This document shows positions 10,294-22,799 of a stretch of DNA of 47,939 bases, in pieces (position 1 is the stretch's first letter; each line of letters opens with the position of its first letter). The notes beneath the pieces are model-generated. The model was given only the letters and a program-made list of their open reading frames with translations. It searched no databases and was not told the origin of the DNA. Source of the DNA: Malacoraja senta (taxonomy: Eukaryota); NCBI GenBank assembly GCA_038087875.1, contig JAXLNO010005421.1, forward strand, positions 1 to 47,939. Direction: 5' to 3'. Position numbers and translations under genes: made by a program.

Positions 10294-13200
10294 CTTTAAT
10301 GCAAGCTCCAGCACTAGGAAGGCCACTCTACGATAGACCCTTTCAACTTTATTGTACCATCCTTTCTGAGTGCTCAACTGCAGTCCTCACCCAAAAACAC
10401 GGGGATAAGCACAGACCAGTGGCTTATTATTCATCAAAGCTCGACCCAGTAGCAAGGGGACACCCATATGCACCCAGATCCTAACAGCAATCTATAATAG
10501 TCTACAGTCTGCTGCAAACCTGACCCTACAGCAAGAAATAGTAGTATACAGTTCCCATTCGGTGGCAGCCTTGTTGGGACAGCTTCAAACTCAACATCTA
10601 ACAACGGTTCATCAAAATAAATACAACATTTATCTATTGAACAATCCAAAACTCCAATTTAAACACTGTACTAACATGAATCTGGCATCTTTCCTCATTT
10701 CAACTCCAGAGGAATAGTCAGAAGCAGGACATAACTGTTTGTTCATAATTGAAGAAGAAACATCTGTAAGGGAGGATCTAAAAGACGCTCCTATAAAAGA
10801 CCCTGACATGACACTATACGTAGACGGGAGTGCGTCCATTGGGCTCCAGGGAGAGAGATTTTCTGGATACACTATTGTGGACCAGGATGGGAAGAGCATA
10901 GAGGCAGCTGCTTTTGAATCTCCCTATTCAACGGGCTGAATTGTTTGCTTTGATTCAAGCATGTATTTGATGGGAAAGATTTAAGGGTGAACATATATAT
11001 AGATTTGAGATATGCATTCGGAGTAGTACATGACTTTGGACAACTATGGAGGAATAGAGGATTCCTAACCTCGGCAGGAACTCAAATATTTCATAAGCAA
11101 TTGGTGACTGATTTATTGAAGACTCTAAAGCTACCTGGACAAATTTCAGTGATGAAGTGTAGCACTCACACAAAGAGACAGATCCTGATAGACATAGGTA
11201 ATCATTGTGCTGATCAAGCAGCAAAGGAAGTATCCCGGTGGTGGTGCCAAGATTGATGCAGCAGATAAAAAGTTCAGGTAACAAGTCTCCCTCGGAAAAG
11301 CCAATGCCAACCATCCAGGAAATTATTCAGTTGCAGGAGGAAGCTTCTGAATGGGATACAAACTTATGGAAACAGCTTGATTGCATGTCGGGATTGTGGG
11401 TTACTCCGGCAGGGCAGACTTGTATGACAGATCCTCTTGCAGTTTGCGCTGTGGAGTGTATGCATTTTGTGACTCACTGTGGTGCGAGAGCAATTGGTGA
11501 TGCTCTTTCAGCTAATTGGTGTCACAGAAGATTACAAATTTTGGCCCAGAATGTGAGTAGTAGCTGTATCATTTGTCAGAAGTTTAATCCTGGACAAGGG
11601 GTAGGTTGCGGAGATGGAAAACACCTTTGCCCATGGGTCCTTTTGAAATTCACAGATGGATTATATCGAGATAGGGAAATGCCAGAGATACAGATATGTA
11701 CTTGTAATTGTCAATGTATTCAGCAGATGGATCAAGGCCTATCCAACACTTGATAACAAAGCGGCTATTGTTGTGAAGGTGCTTATGAGAAAAATTATCC
11801 CTAGATTCAGTATCCCAATTCGGCTTAGTTCTGACAATGATCCTCATTTTATTGGCCAAATTAATAAAGAATTCTGCGAACAGCTGGGCATCATGCAGCA
11901 ACTACACTGTGCTTAGCGACAGGCTGCTGGACTGGGGGAAATGCCAAACCAGACCCTGAAAACTAAATTAGCTAAATTGAAGGTGGAGACAGGAATTGGT
12001 TGGATCAAATTACTCCCCATAGCTTTGTTTCAGATGCGTGTCATGCCTGCAGGGAAATTGAGACTGAGCCCAGCTGAAATTGTTTATGGACGACCTTTGA
12101 AAACCCGTTGGAACCAAAATGCTATAAAAGTCGCAAGTTTCCATCACATGACTAGGCGATAACCGATTACGTTCTGTACTTGACTCGGACACTAAGGGAT
12201 TTGCATTCTAGGGTGCGAGCAGCATATAGTGAATTACCTCTTTTGGTTTCTCCCATTAAAGTCAAGCCTGGTGATTATGTACTAGTGAAGAATTGGATAA
12301 GGAAAGGTTTGGAAGTTCAGTGGGAGGGTCCTTACCAGGTTCTCCTGACAACTCCAACAGCGGTTAAAGTAGAAGGAAAGAATGCGTGGGTCCATCTTTA
12401 TCACTGTAAGAGTATTAGTGGGAGAATAGGCTGCTAACTTGTTTTCGTCAAGGAATTTCTTAGGTAACATCATACCCATCGAGAGTCAATAGTACATTCA
12501 GCTAACAAGATGGACAAAGAGGATTCATGCCCATGCAAACTTGGGAGATGAGACTCGTCAGTCGGAAATTGTGATCACTCACCCAACATCCAGAAGGTTG
12601 ATTTATTGTGTTGCCCCATCTGAAACAAGGGAATCCTTGTAAGCTATAATGCAAGACGACCCTCTGAAGAAAACTGGAGGAATTACTTTTTGTAGCTGGA
12701 ATATTAGGGGTGTTAATGAGCCAATTAAAACGGGTAAGGTTCTTGCCCAATTAAAATCAACTATTGCTGATATAATATTTTTACAGGAGACGCACCTCAA
12801 AGATCAAGCTCATATCAGGCTGAAGGCTAACTGGATTGGTCAAATATATCACTCCTATTTTCTCTCCAAAGCCAGAGGTACTGCAATTATAATCCATAAG
12901 GGTATACCATTTAAACATAAAACCCCATAGCAGATAAAGATGGTAGGTACGTCATAGTATCTGGGGAGATATATTCTACCCCACTTACTATGGTGAACAT
13001 CTACGCTCCCAACTTTGATAACCCACAATTTTTTAACATAATTTTTAATATAATTTCAGACTCCACCCAGCAAAACCTGATAATCGGGGAAGATTTCAAC
13101 TGTGTTCTGGATCAATACTTGGATAAATCCTCACAACAAAAGAGATATAACACAAAATTAAAATCCAGCGAACTTCTAAATATGTATATAAAAAATACAA

Positions 13201-14839
13201 ATATAACAGACGTATGGAGGATTGCAAACCCATCCGGAAGAGAATACTCCTTTTATTCATCCGTACATAAAACTTATACACGTATTGACTATTTTCTGGT
13301 GGACACAAAAGTAATACCTTTTACAACTAATCCCAAATACCATAATAGTACTATTTCCGATCATTCCCTGCTAACCTTCTCCCTAAAACTAGAAGGAATG
13401 TACAATAAAAAATCGTTCTGGAGGTTTAATCCCCAAATACTAAACAACCCAGATTGCTGTATATATTTAAACAACACATGGAATTCTTTTTTGAGACCAA
13501 TGATACTCCAGGTATTTTGCCCTCATTATTATGGGAATCTTTTAAGGCTTTTATTAGAGATTCTATCATTTCATATCAAGCATATCAAAACAAAAAGAAT
13601 AGGATGGAACAATTGCAACTAGAAGAACAGATCAGCTGGACTCAGAAAACGCGACAGATCTGTCTATGGATAAACATAATAAGATAGCAGTATTAAAATT
13701 TAAGCTAAATCAAATTCTCTCTGCAAGAGTTATCAGATTATTTCAAATTACTAAACAGGAAAATTTTGAATTTGGCGACAAACCACACAAACTTCTAGCA
13801 TGCCAGTTGAGAAAAGTGGAAAAGGACCATACTATTCAAAAAATCAGATCAGATAAAGGTGAATTGTTTACACTTCCAAAAGACATTAACGAGAGATTTG
13901 CCCAATTCTATCAAAATTTATATACATCCAAAACATCAACAGAAATGAGAAAAATTACAAACGTTCTTAATAACTGTCATCTTCCGACACTTCCGACAAT
14001 GCGGCAGAAGGAGATGAATTAGGAGCACAGATTTCAATTAAAGAAATAGAAGAGACTCTCAATTCATTGAAGAATGGCAAAACACCAGGCCCAGATGGGT
14101 TTAGTAATGAATTTTATAAAAGATTTTACGAGGTAATCTCCCCGCGTTTACGTAACCTTTATATACACGCATTTAAAGAACAGACGCTACCACAAACCCT
14201 AGCCAAATCAACTATTACACTTATACCCCCAAAAGATAAAGATCTGGAAGATCCGGGATCATACAGAGCAATTGCCCTGTTAACTACAGATCAGAAAATA
14301 TTAGCTAAAACTCTGGCAAGAAGATTAAGTAAATACGTTAATAAATTAATACACTCTGATCAAACTGGGTTTATTCCCAAGAGACACTCGTTTAATAATT
14401 TGAGACGCCTATTCAACATAATGTACTCACATAGAATGATAAAAGAAGACTTATCAATTATTTCATTAGACGCAGTAAAAGCATTTGATCAAGTAGAATG
14501 GAAATATCTTTTTATAGTATTGCAAAAATTCGTTGGGAGAAAATTTTATTTCATGGATAAAACTGCTATATGATAAGCCAAGTGCCAGAATACTGACTAA
14601 TCATATACTCTCACCTAAATTTCAGCTATCCAGGGGCAATAGACAGGGATGTGCATTATCACCCCTGTTATTTGCCCTTGCGATTGAACCTTTGGCGGAA
14701 AGTATAAGAGTACATCCGAATATTCACGGCTACAACACTAAATACTCCAATAATAAAATATCATTATATGCAGATGATGTATTACTCTATATCACCAATT
14801 CCCAAGTTAGCATTCCAAGTATATTAAATCTTATAGAGG

Positions 14840-17559
14840 TGGGGTAGCGTTGCTGGTTAGAGAGGAGATTAACGCAGTGGAAAGGAAGGACATTAGCTTG
14901 GAGGATGTGGAATCGGTATGGGTAGAGCTGCGAAACACTAAGGGGCAGAAAACGCTGGTGGGTGTTGTGTACAGGCCACCTAGCAGTAGTAGTGAAGTTG
15001 GGGATGGCATCAAACCGGAAATTAGAAATGCGTGCAACAAAGGCAAAACAGTTATAATGGGTGACTTCAATCTACATATAGATTGGGTGAATCAAATTGG
15101 CAGGGGTGCTGAGGAAGAGGATTTCTTGGAATGTATGAGGGATAGTTATCTAAACCAACATGTAGAGGAACCAACGAGAGAGCAGGCTATTCTAGACTGG
15201 GTATTGAGTAATGAGGAAGGGTTAGTTAGCAGACTTGTTGTGCGTGCCCCCTTGGGCAAGAGTGATCATAATATGGTTGAGTTCTTCATTAGGATGGAGA
15301 GTGACATTGTTAATTCAGAAACAACGGTTCTGAACTTAAAGAAAGGTAACTTTGAGGGTATGAGACGTGAATTGGCCAAGATTGACTGGCAATTAGTTCT
15401 AAAAGGGTTGACGGTGGATATGCAATGGAAGGCATTTAAAGACTGCATGGATGAACTACAAAAATTGTTCATCCCAGTTTGGCAAAAGAATAAATCAAGG
15501 AAGGTAGTGCATCCGTGGATAACAAGGGAAATCAGGGATAGTATCAAAGCAAAAGATGATGCGTACAAATTAGCCAGAAAAAGCAGCATACCAGAGGACT
15601 GGGAGAAATTCAGAGACCAGCAGAGGAGGACAAAGGGCTTAATTAGGAAAGGGAAAATAGATTATGAAAGGAAGCTGGCAGGGAACATAAAAACTGACTG
15701 CAAAAGTTTTTATAGATATGTGAAGAGAAAGAGATTAGTTAAATCAAATGTAGGTCCCTTGCAGTCAGAAACAGGTGAATTGATCATGGGGAACAAGGAT
15801 ATGGCAGACCAATTGAATAACTACTTTGGTTCCGTCTTCACTAAGGAAGACATAAATAATCTGCTGGAAATAGCAGGGGGCCGCGGGTCAAAGGATATGG
15901 AGGAACTGAGTGAAATCCAGGTTAGTCGGGAAGTGGTGTTGGGTAAATTGAATGGATTAAAGGCCGATAAATCACCAGGGCCAGATAGGCTGCATCCCAG
16001 AGTACTTAAGGAAGTAGCTCCAGAAATAGTGGATGCATTAGTGATAATTTTTCAAAACTCTTTAGATTCTGGAGTAGTTCCTGAGGATTGGAGGGTAGCA
16101 AACGTAACCCCACTTTTTAAGAAGGGAGGGAGAGAGAAAACGGGGAATTACAGACCAGTTAGTCTAACATCGGTAGTGGGGAAACTGCTAGAGTCAGTTA
16201 TTAAAGATGGGATAGCAGCACATTTGGAAAGTGGTGAAATCATTGGACATAGTCAGCATGGATTTACGAAAGGTAAATCGTGTCTGACGAATCTTATAGA
16301 ATTTTTCGAGGATGTAACTAGTAGAGTGGATAGGGGAGAACCAGTGGATGTGTTGTATCTGGACTTTCAGAAGGCTTTCGACAAGGTACCACATAAGAGA
16401 TTAGGATACAAACTTAAATCACACGGTATTGGGGGTTCAGTATTGATGTGGATAGAGAACTGGCTGGCAAACAGGAAGCAAAGAGTAGGAGTAAACGGGT
16501 CCTTTTCACAATGGCAGCCAGTGACTAGTGGGGTACCGCAAGGCTCAGTGCTGGGACCCCAGCTATTTACAATTTATATTAATGATCTGGACGAGGGAAT
16601 TGAAAGCAACATCTCCAAGTTTGCAGATGACACTAAGCTGGGGGGCAGTGTTAGCTGTGAGGAGGATGCTAGGAGACTGCAAGGTGACTTGGATAGGTTG
16701 GGTGAGTGGGCAAATGTTTGGCAGATGCAGTATAATGTGGATAAATGTGAGGTTATCCACTTTGGTAGCAAAAACGGGAAGGCAGACTATTATCTAAATG
16801 GTGGCCGATTAGGAAATGGGGAGATGCAGCGAGACCTGGGTGTCATGGTACACCAGTCATTGAAAGTAGGCATGCAGGTGCAGCAGGCAGTGAAGAAAGC
16901 GAATGGTATGTTGGCCTTCATAGCAAGAGGATTTGAGTATAGGAGCAGGGAGGTTCTACTGCAGTTGTACAGGGTCTTGGTGAGACCACACCTGGAGTAT
17001 TGCGTACAGTTTTGGTCTCCAAATCTGAGGAAGGACATTATAGCCATAGAGGGAGTGCAGAGAAGGTTCACCAGACTGATTCCTGGGATGTCAGGACTTT
17101 CATATGAAGAAAGACTGGATAGACTTGGCTTATACTCGCTAGAATTTAGGAGATTGAGAGGGGATCTTATAGAAACGTACAAAATTCTTATGGGGTTGGA
17201 CAGGCTAGATGCAGGAAGATTGTTCCCGATGTTGGGGAAGTCCAGGACAAGGGGTCACAGCTTAAGGATAAGGGGGAAATCCTTTAAGACCGAGATGAGG
17301 AAAAACTTTTTCACACAGAGAGTGGTGAATCTCTGGAACTCTCTGCCACAGAGGGTAGTTGAGGCCAGTTCATTGGCTATATTTAAGAGGGAATTAGATG
17401 TGGCCCTTGTGGCTAAAGGGGTCAGGGGGTATGGAGAGAAGGCAGGTACGGGATACTGAGTTGGATGATCAGCCATGATCGTATTGAATGGCGGTGCAGG
17501 CTCGAAGGGCCGAATGGCCTACTCCTGCACCTATTTTCTATGTATCTATGTATCTATGT
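14840..17559 (+). mobile_element. Young 5'-truncated CR1-clade (HER1-like) LINE inserted in L1
   Basis: Intact ORF; (TATCTATG)n tail; the empty site TTATAGAGG|AATTCAG is preserved at ~7299-7314. Confidence 0.95.
14850..17459 (+). CDS. CR1 ORF2 (partial APE endonuclease plus RT), 869 aa uninterrupted, N-terminally truncated
   Basis: YRPP, MGDFN, ILD, SDH; SPGPD, NYRPVSL, QHGF, LDFQKAFD, VPQGSVLGP, FADD, RPHLEY. Confidence 0.9.
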   Translation: MLVREEINAVERKDISLEDVESVWVELRNTKGQKTLVGVVYRPPSSSSEVGDGIKPEIRNACNKGKTVIMGDFNLHIDWVNQIGRGAEEEDFLECMRDSYLNQHVEEPTREQAILDWVLSNEEGLVSRLVVRAPLGKSDHNMVEFFIRMESDIVNSETTVLNLKKGNFEGMRRELAKIDWQLVLKGLTVDMQWKAFKDCMDELQKLFIPVWQKNKSRKVVHPWITREIRDSIKAKDDAYKLARKSSIPEDWEKFRDQQRRTKGLIRKGKIDYERKLAGNIKTDCKSFYRYVKRKRLVKSNVGPLQSETGELIMGNKDMADQLNNYFGSVFTKEDINNLLEIAGGRGSKDMEELSEIQVSREVVLGKLNGLKADKSPGPDRLHPRVLKEVAPEIVDALVIIFQNSLDSGVVPEDWRVANVTPLFKKGGREKTGNYRPVSLTSVVGKLLESVIKDGIAAHLESGEIIGHSQHGFTKGKSCLTNLIEFFEDVTSRVDRGEPVDVLYLDFQKAFDKVPHKRLGYKLKSHGIGGSVLMWIENWLANRKQRVGVNGSFSQWQPVTSGVPQGSVLGPQLFTIYINDLDEGIESNISKFADDTKLGGSVSCEEDARRLQGDLDRLGEWANVWQMQYNVDKCEVIHFGSKNGKADYYLNGGRLGNGEMQRDLGVMVHQSLKVGMQVQQAVKKANGMLAFIARGFEYRSREVLLQLYRVLVRPHLEYCVQFWSPNLRKDIIAIEGVQRRFTRLIPGMSGLSYEERLDRLGLYSLEFRRLRGDLIETYKILMGLDRLDAGRLFPMLGKSRTRGHSLRIRGKSFKTEMRKNFFTQRVVNLWNSLPQRVVEASSLAIFKRELDVALVAKGVRGYGEKAGTGY

Positions 17560-19629
17560 AATTCAGTTCCTTTTCAGGATATAGAATAAATTGGAACAAA
17601 AGTGAAATTATGTCAATAAAACCTCAAGAGACGACACACCTCCTAAAATTCCCTTTCAGAATTGCTACGGAAATTTTTTAAATATCTTGGTGTTCACGTA
17701 ACCAGAAAATACACTTCTCTATTTCAACCAAACTTTCCTCCTTTAGTTACTAAACTAAATGCCCTTACTCAATTTTGGAAAACACTTCCGATGTCTCTCA
17801 TAGGCAGAATAAATGCCATAAAGATGATCTTCCTCCCACAAATCCTGTACTTATTTCAATCCATACCGATATACCTTCCTACATTTTTTTTTTTTAAACT
17901 TAATTCTATGATCACAAACTTTATTTGGGATTATAAAACACATCGAATCCATAAACGGCATCTATGTAAACCCAAAGAAATTGGAGGACTGGCTCTCCCC
18001 AATTTTTTATACTATTATTGGGCTACGAATATTAAAAACGTAATCTATTGGTTGGACAACACATGCCAACAGGTAAAATGGTTAATAATAGAGAGAGAGG
18101 ATTGCTCGCCTTTTAATATAGGCGCGATTCTTCTCTCTCCAATAAATTTGAAGAAAACACTATATGAGGAAAAATCCGATTATCCACAGTACCTTACGAA
18201 TCTGGAGACAAGTGAAGTCAACCCTTAAACTGAGAAATTTATCTCTTCTCTCACCAATTGCCAACAACCCTTCATTCAAGCCATCTATTTTAGACAAAAC
18301 GTTCACACATTGGGAAAGATCAGGAATCAAAAACTCGGAGATCTTTATGAGATGGGAACTCTTCTCTCATTTCAAGAATTACAGTCGAAATATCACCTGA
18401 AAGGTAGTCAATATTTTAGATATCTTCAAATTCGAGACTACCTGAAATCATATACCCAAGACTATCAATCTTTGTTGCCAGACACACTAGACGAATGTAT
18501 GAATAGAAACTCGGAGTCAAACAAGGTAATATCATGTCTGTATAACACCCTTTTAAATATAGAAATCCCATCATCAGAAGTAATTAGAAGAGCTTGGGAA
18601 GATGAACTTGGCCTAAAAATTCTAAAAGACAGATGGGAGGAAAACCTTCTATATATACACAATTGTTCGATCAACGTTAGGCATTCGTTAATTCAATTTA
18701 AAATACTGCACAGACTCTATTATTCAAAGTCTAAACTGAATAAGATCTTTCCAAATGTATCTCCTATTTGCGATAAATGTCTTCTTCAGGAAGCAACTAT
18801 AATCCATTCCTTTGTCTCTTGTATAAAGTTACATAATTTCTGGAGAGGAATAAAATTAGATCCCGACACGGAATTGATCATTCTAGGTACGTCAGAAGCA
18901 GAAGCCTGCTCTGAGCTATCATTATTTCAAAGACGTATCCTTAATTATGGCCTGATAATGGCAAAAAAACTAATACTCAAATTTTGGAAACATACATCAG
19001 TCCCTACTCTTAAGATGTGGATTATAAACATGTCCGAGATGCTACATCTTAAAAATATTAGACTTGTCGGCAGAAAAAACAGATCATTTTTCGAAGACAT
19101 GGACACCATTCATTGATTTATTACAAGGATAGTATGGCACAACACAACTTTGGATTTAAATCTAATTACGGGTTGGGTGAGGTGGGTGGGGAGGGATGTG
19201 AGGCAGGTATATCACCACTTTTTTTCTTTCTTTCTCTTTGTCCTTTTATTTTTTTTATTTTTTCTATTCCTCTCTTCTTTCTTTCATTTATTCACTCTTT
19301 GGTTACACCACTTTGGTAGTCTAGGGGTTCTATCTTTGCACATCTCACTTTTTCTCTTTCTTGCTCCTTTCTTTTCTTCCAACTATAGCTAAAAAGTAAA
19401 AAATAAAGCCGTACAATAACTATAAAAATTAAATGCCGTTAGTTCTATTTTTGTACATTTGCTTCTAAATAATAAAAAATAAATACGTTTAAAAAAAAAG
19501 AAATTGTGAAACTATGCCCTGCAAACTCAGGAAGGGACTTAGAGTTCTGATAAATTACATCGCTATTGTATTAAGTTGTATAACAGGAACCGTGTCATCT
19601 TATTATTTTTATTTGTTATCATGTATGAT

Positions 19630-19641
19630 AAAAGAGGGGAA
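19630..19641 (+). other. Polypurine tract of ERV-A
   Basis: AAAAGAGGGGAA directly before TG. Confidence 0.85.
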
Positions 19642-20415
19642 TGATAATATTGGGCATTTTCGGTGCCTAACAAAATGGAGGATTTCTGCTTTTACAAAGC
19701 CTGCTTGACATCCTTTGCAAAAGCTGCATAGACCATGAGGCTCATGGCTTCATAGTGTCTGGGGCCTGGGAAGAGGTTGAATACAGGTTGATGTCCAGAT
19801 GTCCTTTAGTTGACAATATGTATGAGGGTTTTGCAGAGGGAGCTAGGTCCTGCTGCAAATGCATGCTCAGGATTGGTTGGGTGATGATGTTGATAGCTAT
19901 GTTGCATGGTCTTCGCGCCGTTACTCGTGATTGGTCAAGGAAACGGGCCTTGCCCAAATTGCTACATTACCTGGTAAAACATTTCTTTGCTTAATAGAAC
20001 TTTTTCCCATTAAGTGCTTTCTGTAGAAACAATGTTATGTGATATTTTGTGATTGGGTTAGGGAACTGTCAATTAATGTATTTTATAATCTTTATTGAAG
20101 ATTGGCTTGTAGGGGTTGCCCCCCCTCCCCCATGTATTTTGCGCCAATTGTCGGTAAAGGAATAAAAGAGGGGATAGCACGTGAGAGTGTGCCAATCTTC
20201 TGGGGTAGCACTTGGGACCGTGCTGACCTTCGGAGGTGTTCTATTCACATGAGGCTGAAGGGCTTGAACGAGTAGAGACAAGGATCGGACCCACCGTGTA
20301 GGATTAGGTATCGTATAGGTAGTGTGATTGTGTTGGAAAATAAAGTTAGTTGATCCAGTGCTTGTATTCAGTATTTTACTGAGACTAATGTGGTATGATT
20401 AGGACCGGAATTACA
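19642..20415 (+). repeat. 3' LTR of ERV-A
   Basis: TGATAAT...AATTACA; AATAAA at 20339-20344; follows the PPT; homologous to 20618-20976. Confidence 0.8.
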
Positions 20416-20976
20416 AGATGACCAATTATGTTCTATCCTTGCCTAGAATACTCAGAGATTTGAGCTACTAACTTCTTTTCTTTAAGGAATCTCTTAGTAT
20501 AGAAACATCACATCGAGAGTCAAGAGTGAAGCAGGCTTACATGGTAGATCAAGAGAATTCATGGCCATGTAAACTTGTGATTGGTCCAGAAGAGACCAAA
20601 GATGTTTCTTTATCTAATGATAATGTTTCTTTACTTTATGGAAGTGCTTTTCCCGAAGTGCTATATGTTGAAACTATGTTATGTACTGTTATATGATTGG
20701 GCCAAAGAGTTGTCATTCTATGTGTTTTGCAGCCGGTATCAGTAATTGGCTTGTAGGGGCTGCCTCCCTCAAGTAATGTCACACCCTTAGTTTTGAAGAG
20801 TATAAGAGGGTGGGTAATTCTTTGGCATGGGTCGGTAGATTGTGACTCCTGTTCTGTTGTCTTGTGCGAGTGGATTGGCGACCATCCCTGCAGTTGAAGT
20901 AAGTTTTGGAACCAGAGTTTGATTTAGTGTTTGACTAAACCAGTCTAGGGGGGTTAGTTTAGATCCGGAATTAACG
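20416..20976 (+). mobile_element. ERV-B: 3' remnant of a related older ERV (IN fragment, post-pol segment, partial LTR)
   Basis: MTNYVLSLPRILRDL resembles ERV-A ITDYVLYLTRTLRDL (~12160-12204); 20462-20580 resembles 12430-12545; LTR blocks shared, ending GATCCGGAATTAAC. Confidence 0.75.
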
Positions 20977-21150
20977 GGGATGGTGACAAAGGCTAGAGGT
21001 GAAAAGGAGACAAAAGGGTGTCAGATAAAGGGAAGAGGATAAGTGAAATGTAAAGCCAGAGGGAGGGATTATGGTGGAAACAGCCACAGGGTGAGAAAAA
21101 CGAGATGCAAGGAAATATAGGACCAAGCGATGGGAAATTAGCTGATTAGC
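20977..21150 (-). mobile_element. Possible Penelope-like 3' fragment
   Basis: Purine-rich sequence resembling elasmobranch PLE 3' regions; no coding motif. Confidence 0.3.
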
Positions 21151-21162
21151 CACCTTCCTGTA

Positions 21163-21465
21163 GGCAGCACAGTGGTGCAGCTGGAAGAGCCGTTGCCTCA
21201 CAGTACCTGAGTCCAGGATTCAATCCTGACCTTGGGTGCTATCTGTGCGGAGTTTGCACATTCTCCCTGAACTGGTTTATTTTGGGTGGTCCAGTTTCCT
21301 CCCACACCACAAAGAGACGTGTGGCTTTGTGAGTTAATCGACCACTGTAAAATTGCCCCAGCTGTGGGGAGTGGTTGTGAAAGTGGGATAACGTAGAACC
21401 AGTGTGCACAGGTGATCGATTGTTGGTATGCACTCGGTTGGCTAAATGGCCTGTTTTCAAGCTAA
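21163..21465 (+). mobile_element. HE1-like tRNA-derived V-SINE
   Basis: A box GTGGTGCAGCTGG, B-box-like GGATTCAATCC, V core GGAGTTTGCACATTCTCCC...GTTTCCTCCCACA, CR1-like tail. Confidence 0.8.
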
Positions 21466-21524
21466 ACATCTCGTTCTTATTCTAATTGGGATGAATGGCT
21501 TTGAATAACATGTAGGCGGGAACT

Positions 21525-22178
21525 TAGATACATGGATACATAGAAAATAGGTGCAGGAGTAGGCCATTCGGCCCTTCGAGCCTGCACCGCCATTCAATAT
21601 GATCATGGCTGATCATCCAACTCAGTATCCCGTACCTGCCTTTTCTCCATACCCCCTGATCCCCTTAGCCACAAGGGCCACATCTAACTCCCTCTTAAAT
21701 ATAGCCAATGAACTGGCCTCAACTACCCTCTGTGGCAGAGAGTTCCAGAGATTCACCACTCTCTGTGTGAAAAAGTTTTTCCTCATCTCGGTCTTAAAGA
21801 ATTTCCCCCTTATCCTTAAGCTGTGACCCCTTGTCCTGGACTTCCCCAACATCGGGAACAATCTTCCTGCATCTAGCCTGTCCAACCCCATAAGAATTTT
21901 GTACGTTTCTATAAGATCCCCTCTCAATCTCCTAAATTCTAGCGAGTATAAGCCAAGTCTATCCAGTCTTTCTTCATATGAAAGTCCTGACATCCCAGGA
22001 ATCAGTCTGGTGAACCTTCTCTGCACTCCCTCTATGGCTATAATGTCCTTCCTCAGATTTGGAGACCAAAACTATACGCAATACTCCAGGTGTGGTCTCA
22101 CCAAGACCCTGCACAACTGCAGTAGAACCACCCTGCTCCTATACTCAAATCCTCTTGCTATGAAGGCCAACATACCAT
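21525..22178 (-). mobile_element. CR1 3' fragment, same young family as 14840-17559
   Basis: ORF 21622-22026 is near-identical to the C-terminus of the 869-aa ORF; same tail. Confidence 0.95.
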
Positions 22179-22799
22179 ACCAACTTGATCCTAATATATC
22201 AGGGGTTGACAACCTTGTTCTGCATAGGGTCCAGGAGCCATGTCTGTGAGCGGATGGCGGGCCACATCTATCGTCATAGTTAATAAATGGAGGTAATAAT
22301 AATACATACTAACTAAATTAGTAATTAGTAATAATACATACTAATAATACATAAATTAGTAGTAATACATAATAATAATACATACTAACTATTGTGACAC
22401 TTAGTGTTGTTTGCGCATTAATTTTCACGTGTTTTTCCAATTAGTTTTCTGCATTTCCCAGATCCCTTTTGTGCCCCAGGACTAGCTGCAGTTCCCAGGT
22501 CGGCTCGCCTGCCCTGGGACTGGCTGCAGTTCCCAGGTCACTCGCGTCTCTGGGTCTGGCTGCAGTTCCCAGGTTGCCTGTGTGCCCTCGGACTGGCTGT
22601 ACCGTCCAGGTCGCTTCCATGCCCCGGGACTGGCTGCAGTTCCCAGATACATACTAATAATACATACTAAATAGTATGACACTTGGTGTTGTTTTTCGCA
22701 TTAATTTTCATGTGTTTTTCAATTAGCTTTCTGCAGTTCCCAGATCCCTCACGTGCCCTAGGACTAGCTGCAGTTCCCAGATCGGCTCGCCTGCCCCGG

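Larger units (their letters stand above)
8528..12437 (+). pseudogene. pol: ERV pol (protease, 2H-like domain, RT, RNase H, integrase)
   Basis: FLVDTEA (PR); QQYPL, NTPILAV, YRLVQDLR, WTRLPQGF (RT, YVDD deleted at ~9870); LYVDGS, AELFAL (RH); HFVTHCG..CIIC, MDYIE, SDNDPHF, WEGPYQVLLTTPTAVKV (IN). Confidence 0.92.
12649..19116 (+). pseudogene. L1 ORF2 (APE endonuclease, RT, C-terminal Zn knuckle), frameshifted and split by CR1
   Basis: SWNIRG, LQETH, NIYAPN, DFN, RIDY, SDH; PGPDG, YADD; KYLGV, GGLALPNF; CDKC..H..C. Confidence 0.9.
12575..19499 (+). mobile_element. 5'-truncated L1-clade LINE inserted 3' of pol
   Basis: TSD GAAATTGTGA (12565-12574 / 19500-19509); AATAAA plus poly(A) end; G-rich then T-rich 3' UTR. 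Confidence 0.92.
1806..20415 (+). mobile_element. ERV-A: decayed epsilon-like endogenous retrovirus, no 5' LTR/PBS, no env
   Basis: Leader-gag-PR-2H-RT-RH-IN order, PPT at ~19630 and 3' LTR; many stops and frameshifts; multiple nested insertions; left boundary approximate. Confidence 0.9.

Noticed and set aside
14533-14860. Possible L1-CR1 fusion ORF
   Set aside because: The frames differ; the L1 frame stops at 14847
15266-17476. Antisense ORFs over the CR1 ORF
   Set aside because: Shadow ORFs of a long coding sequence
21163-21235. tRNA gene
   Set aside because: The A/B boxes belong to a SINE head; no cloverleaf
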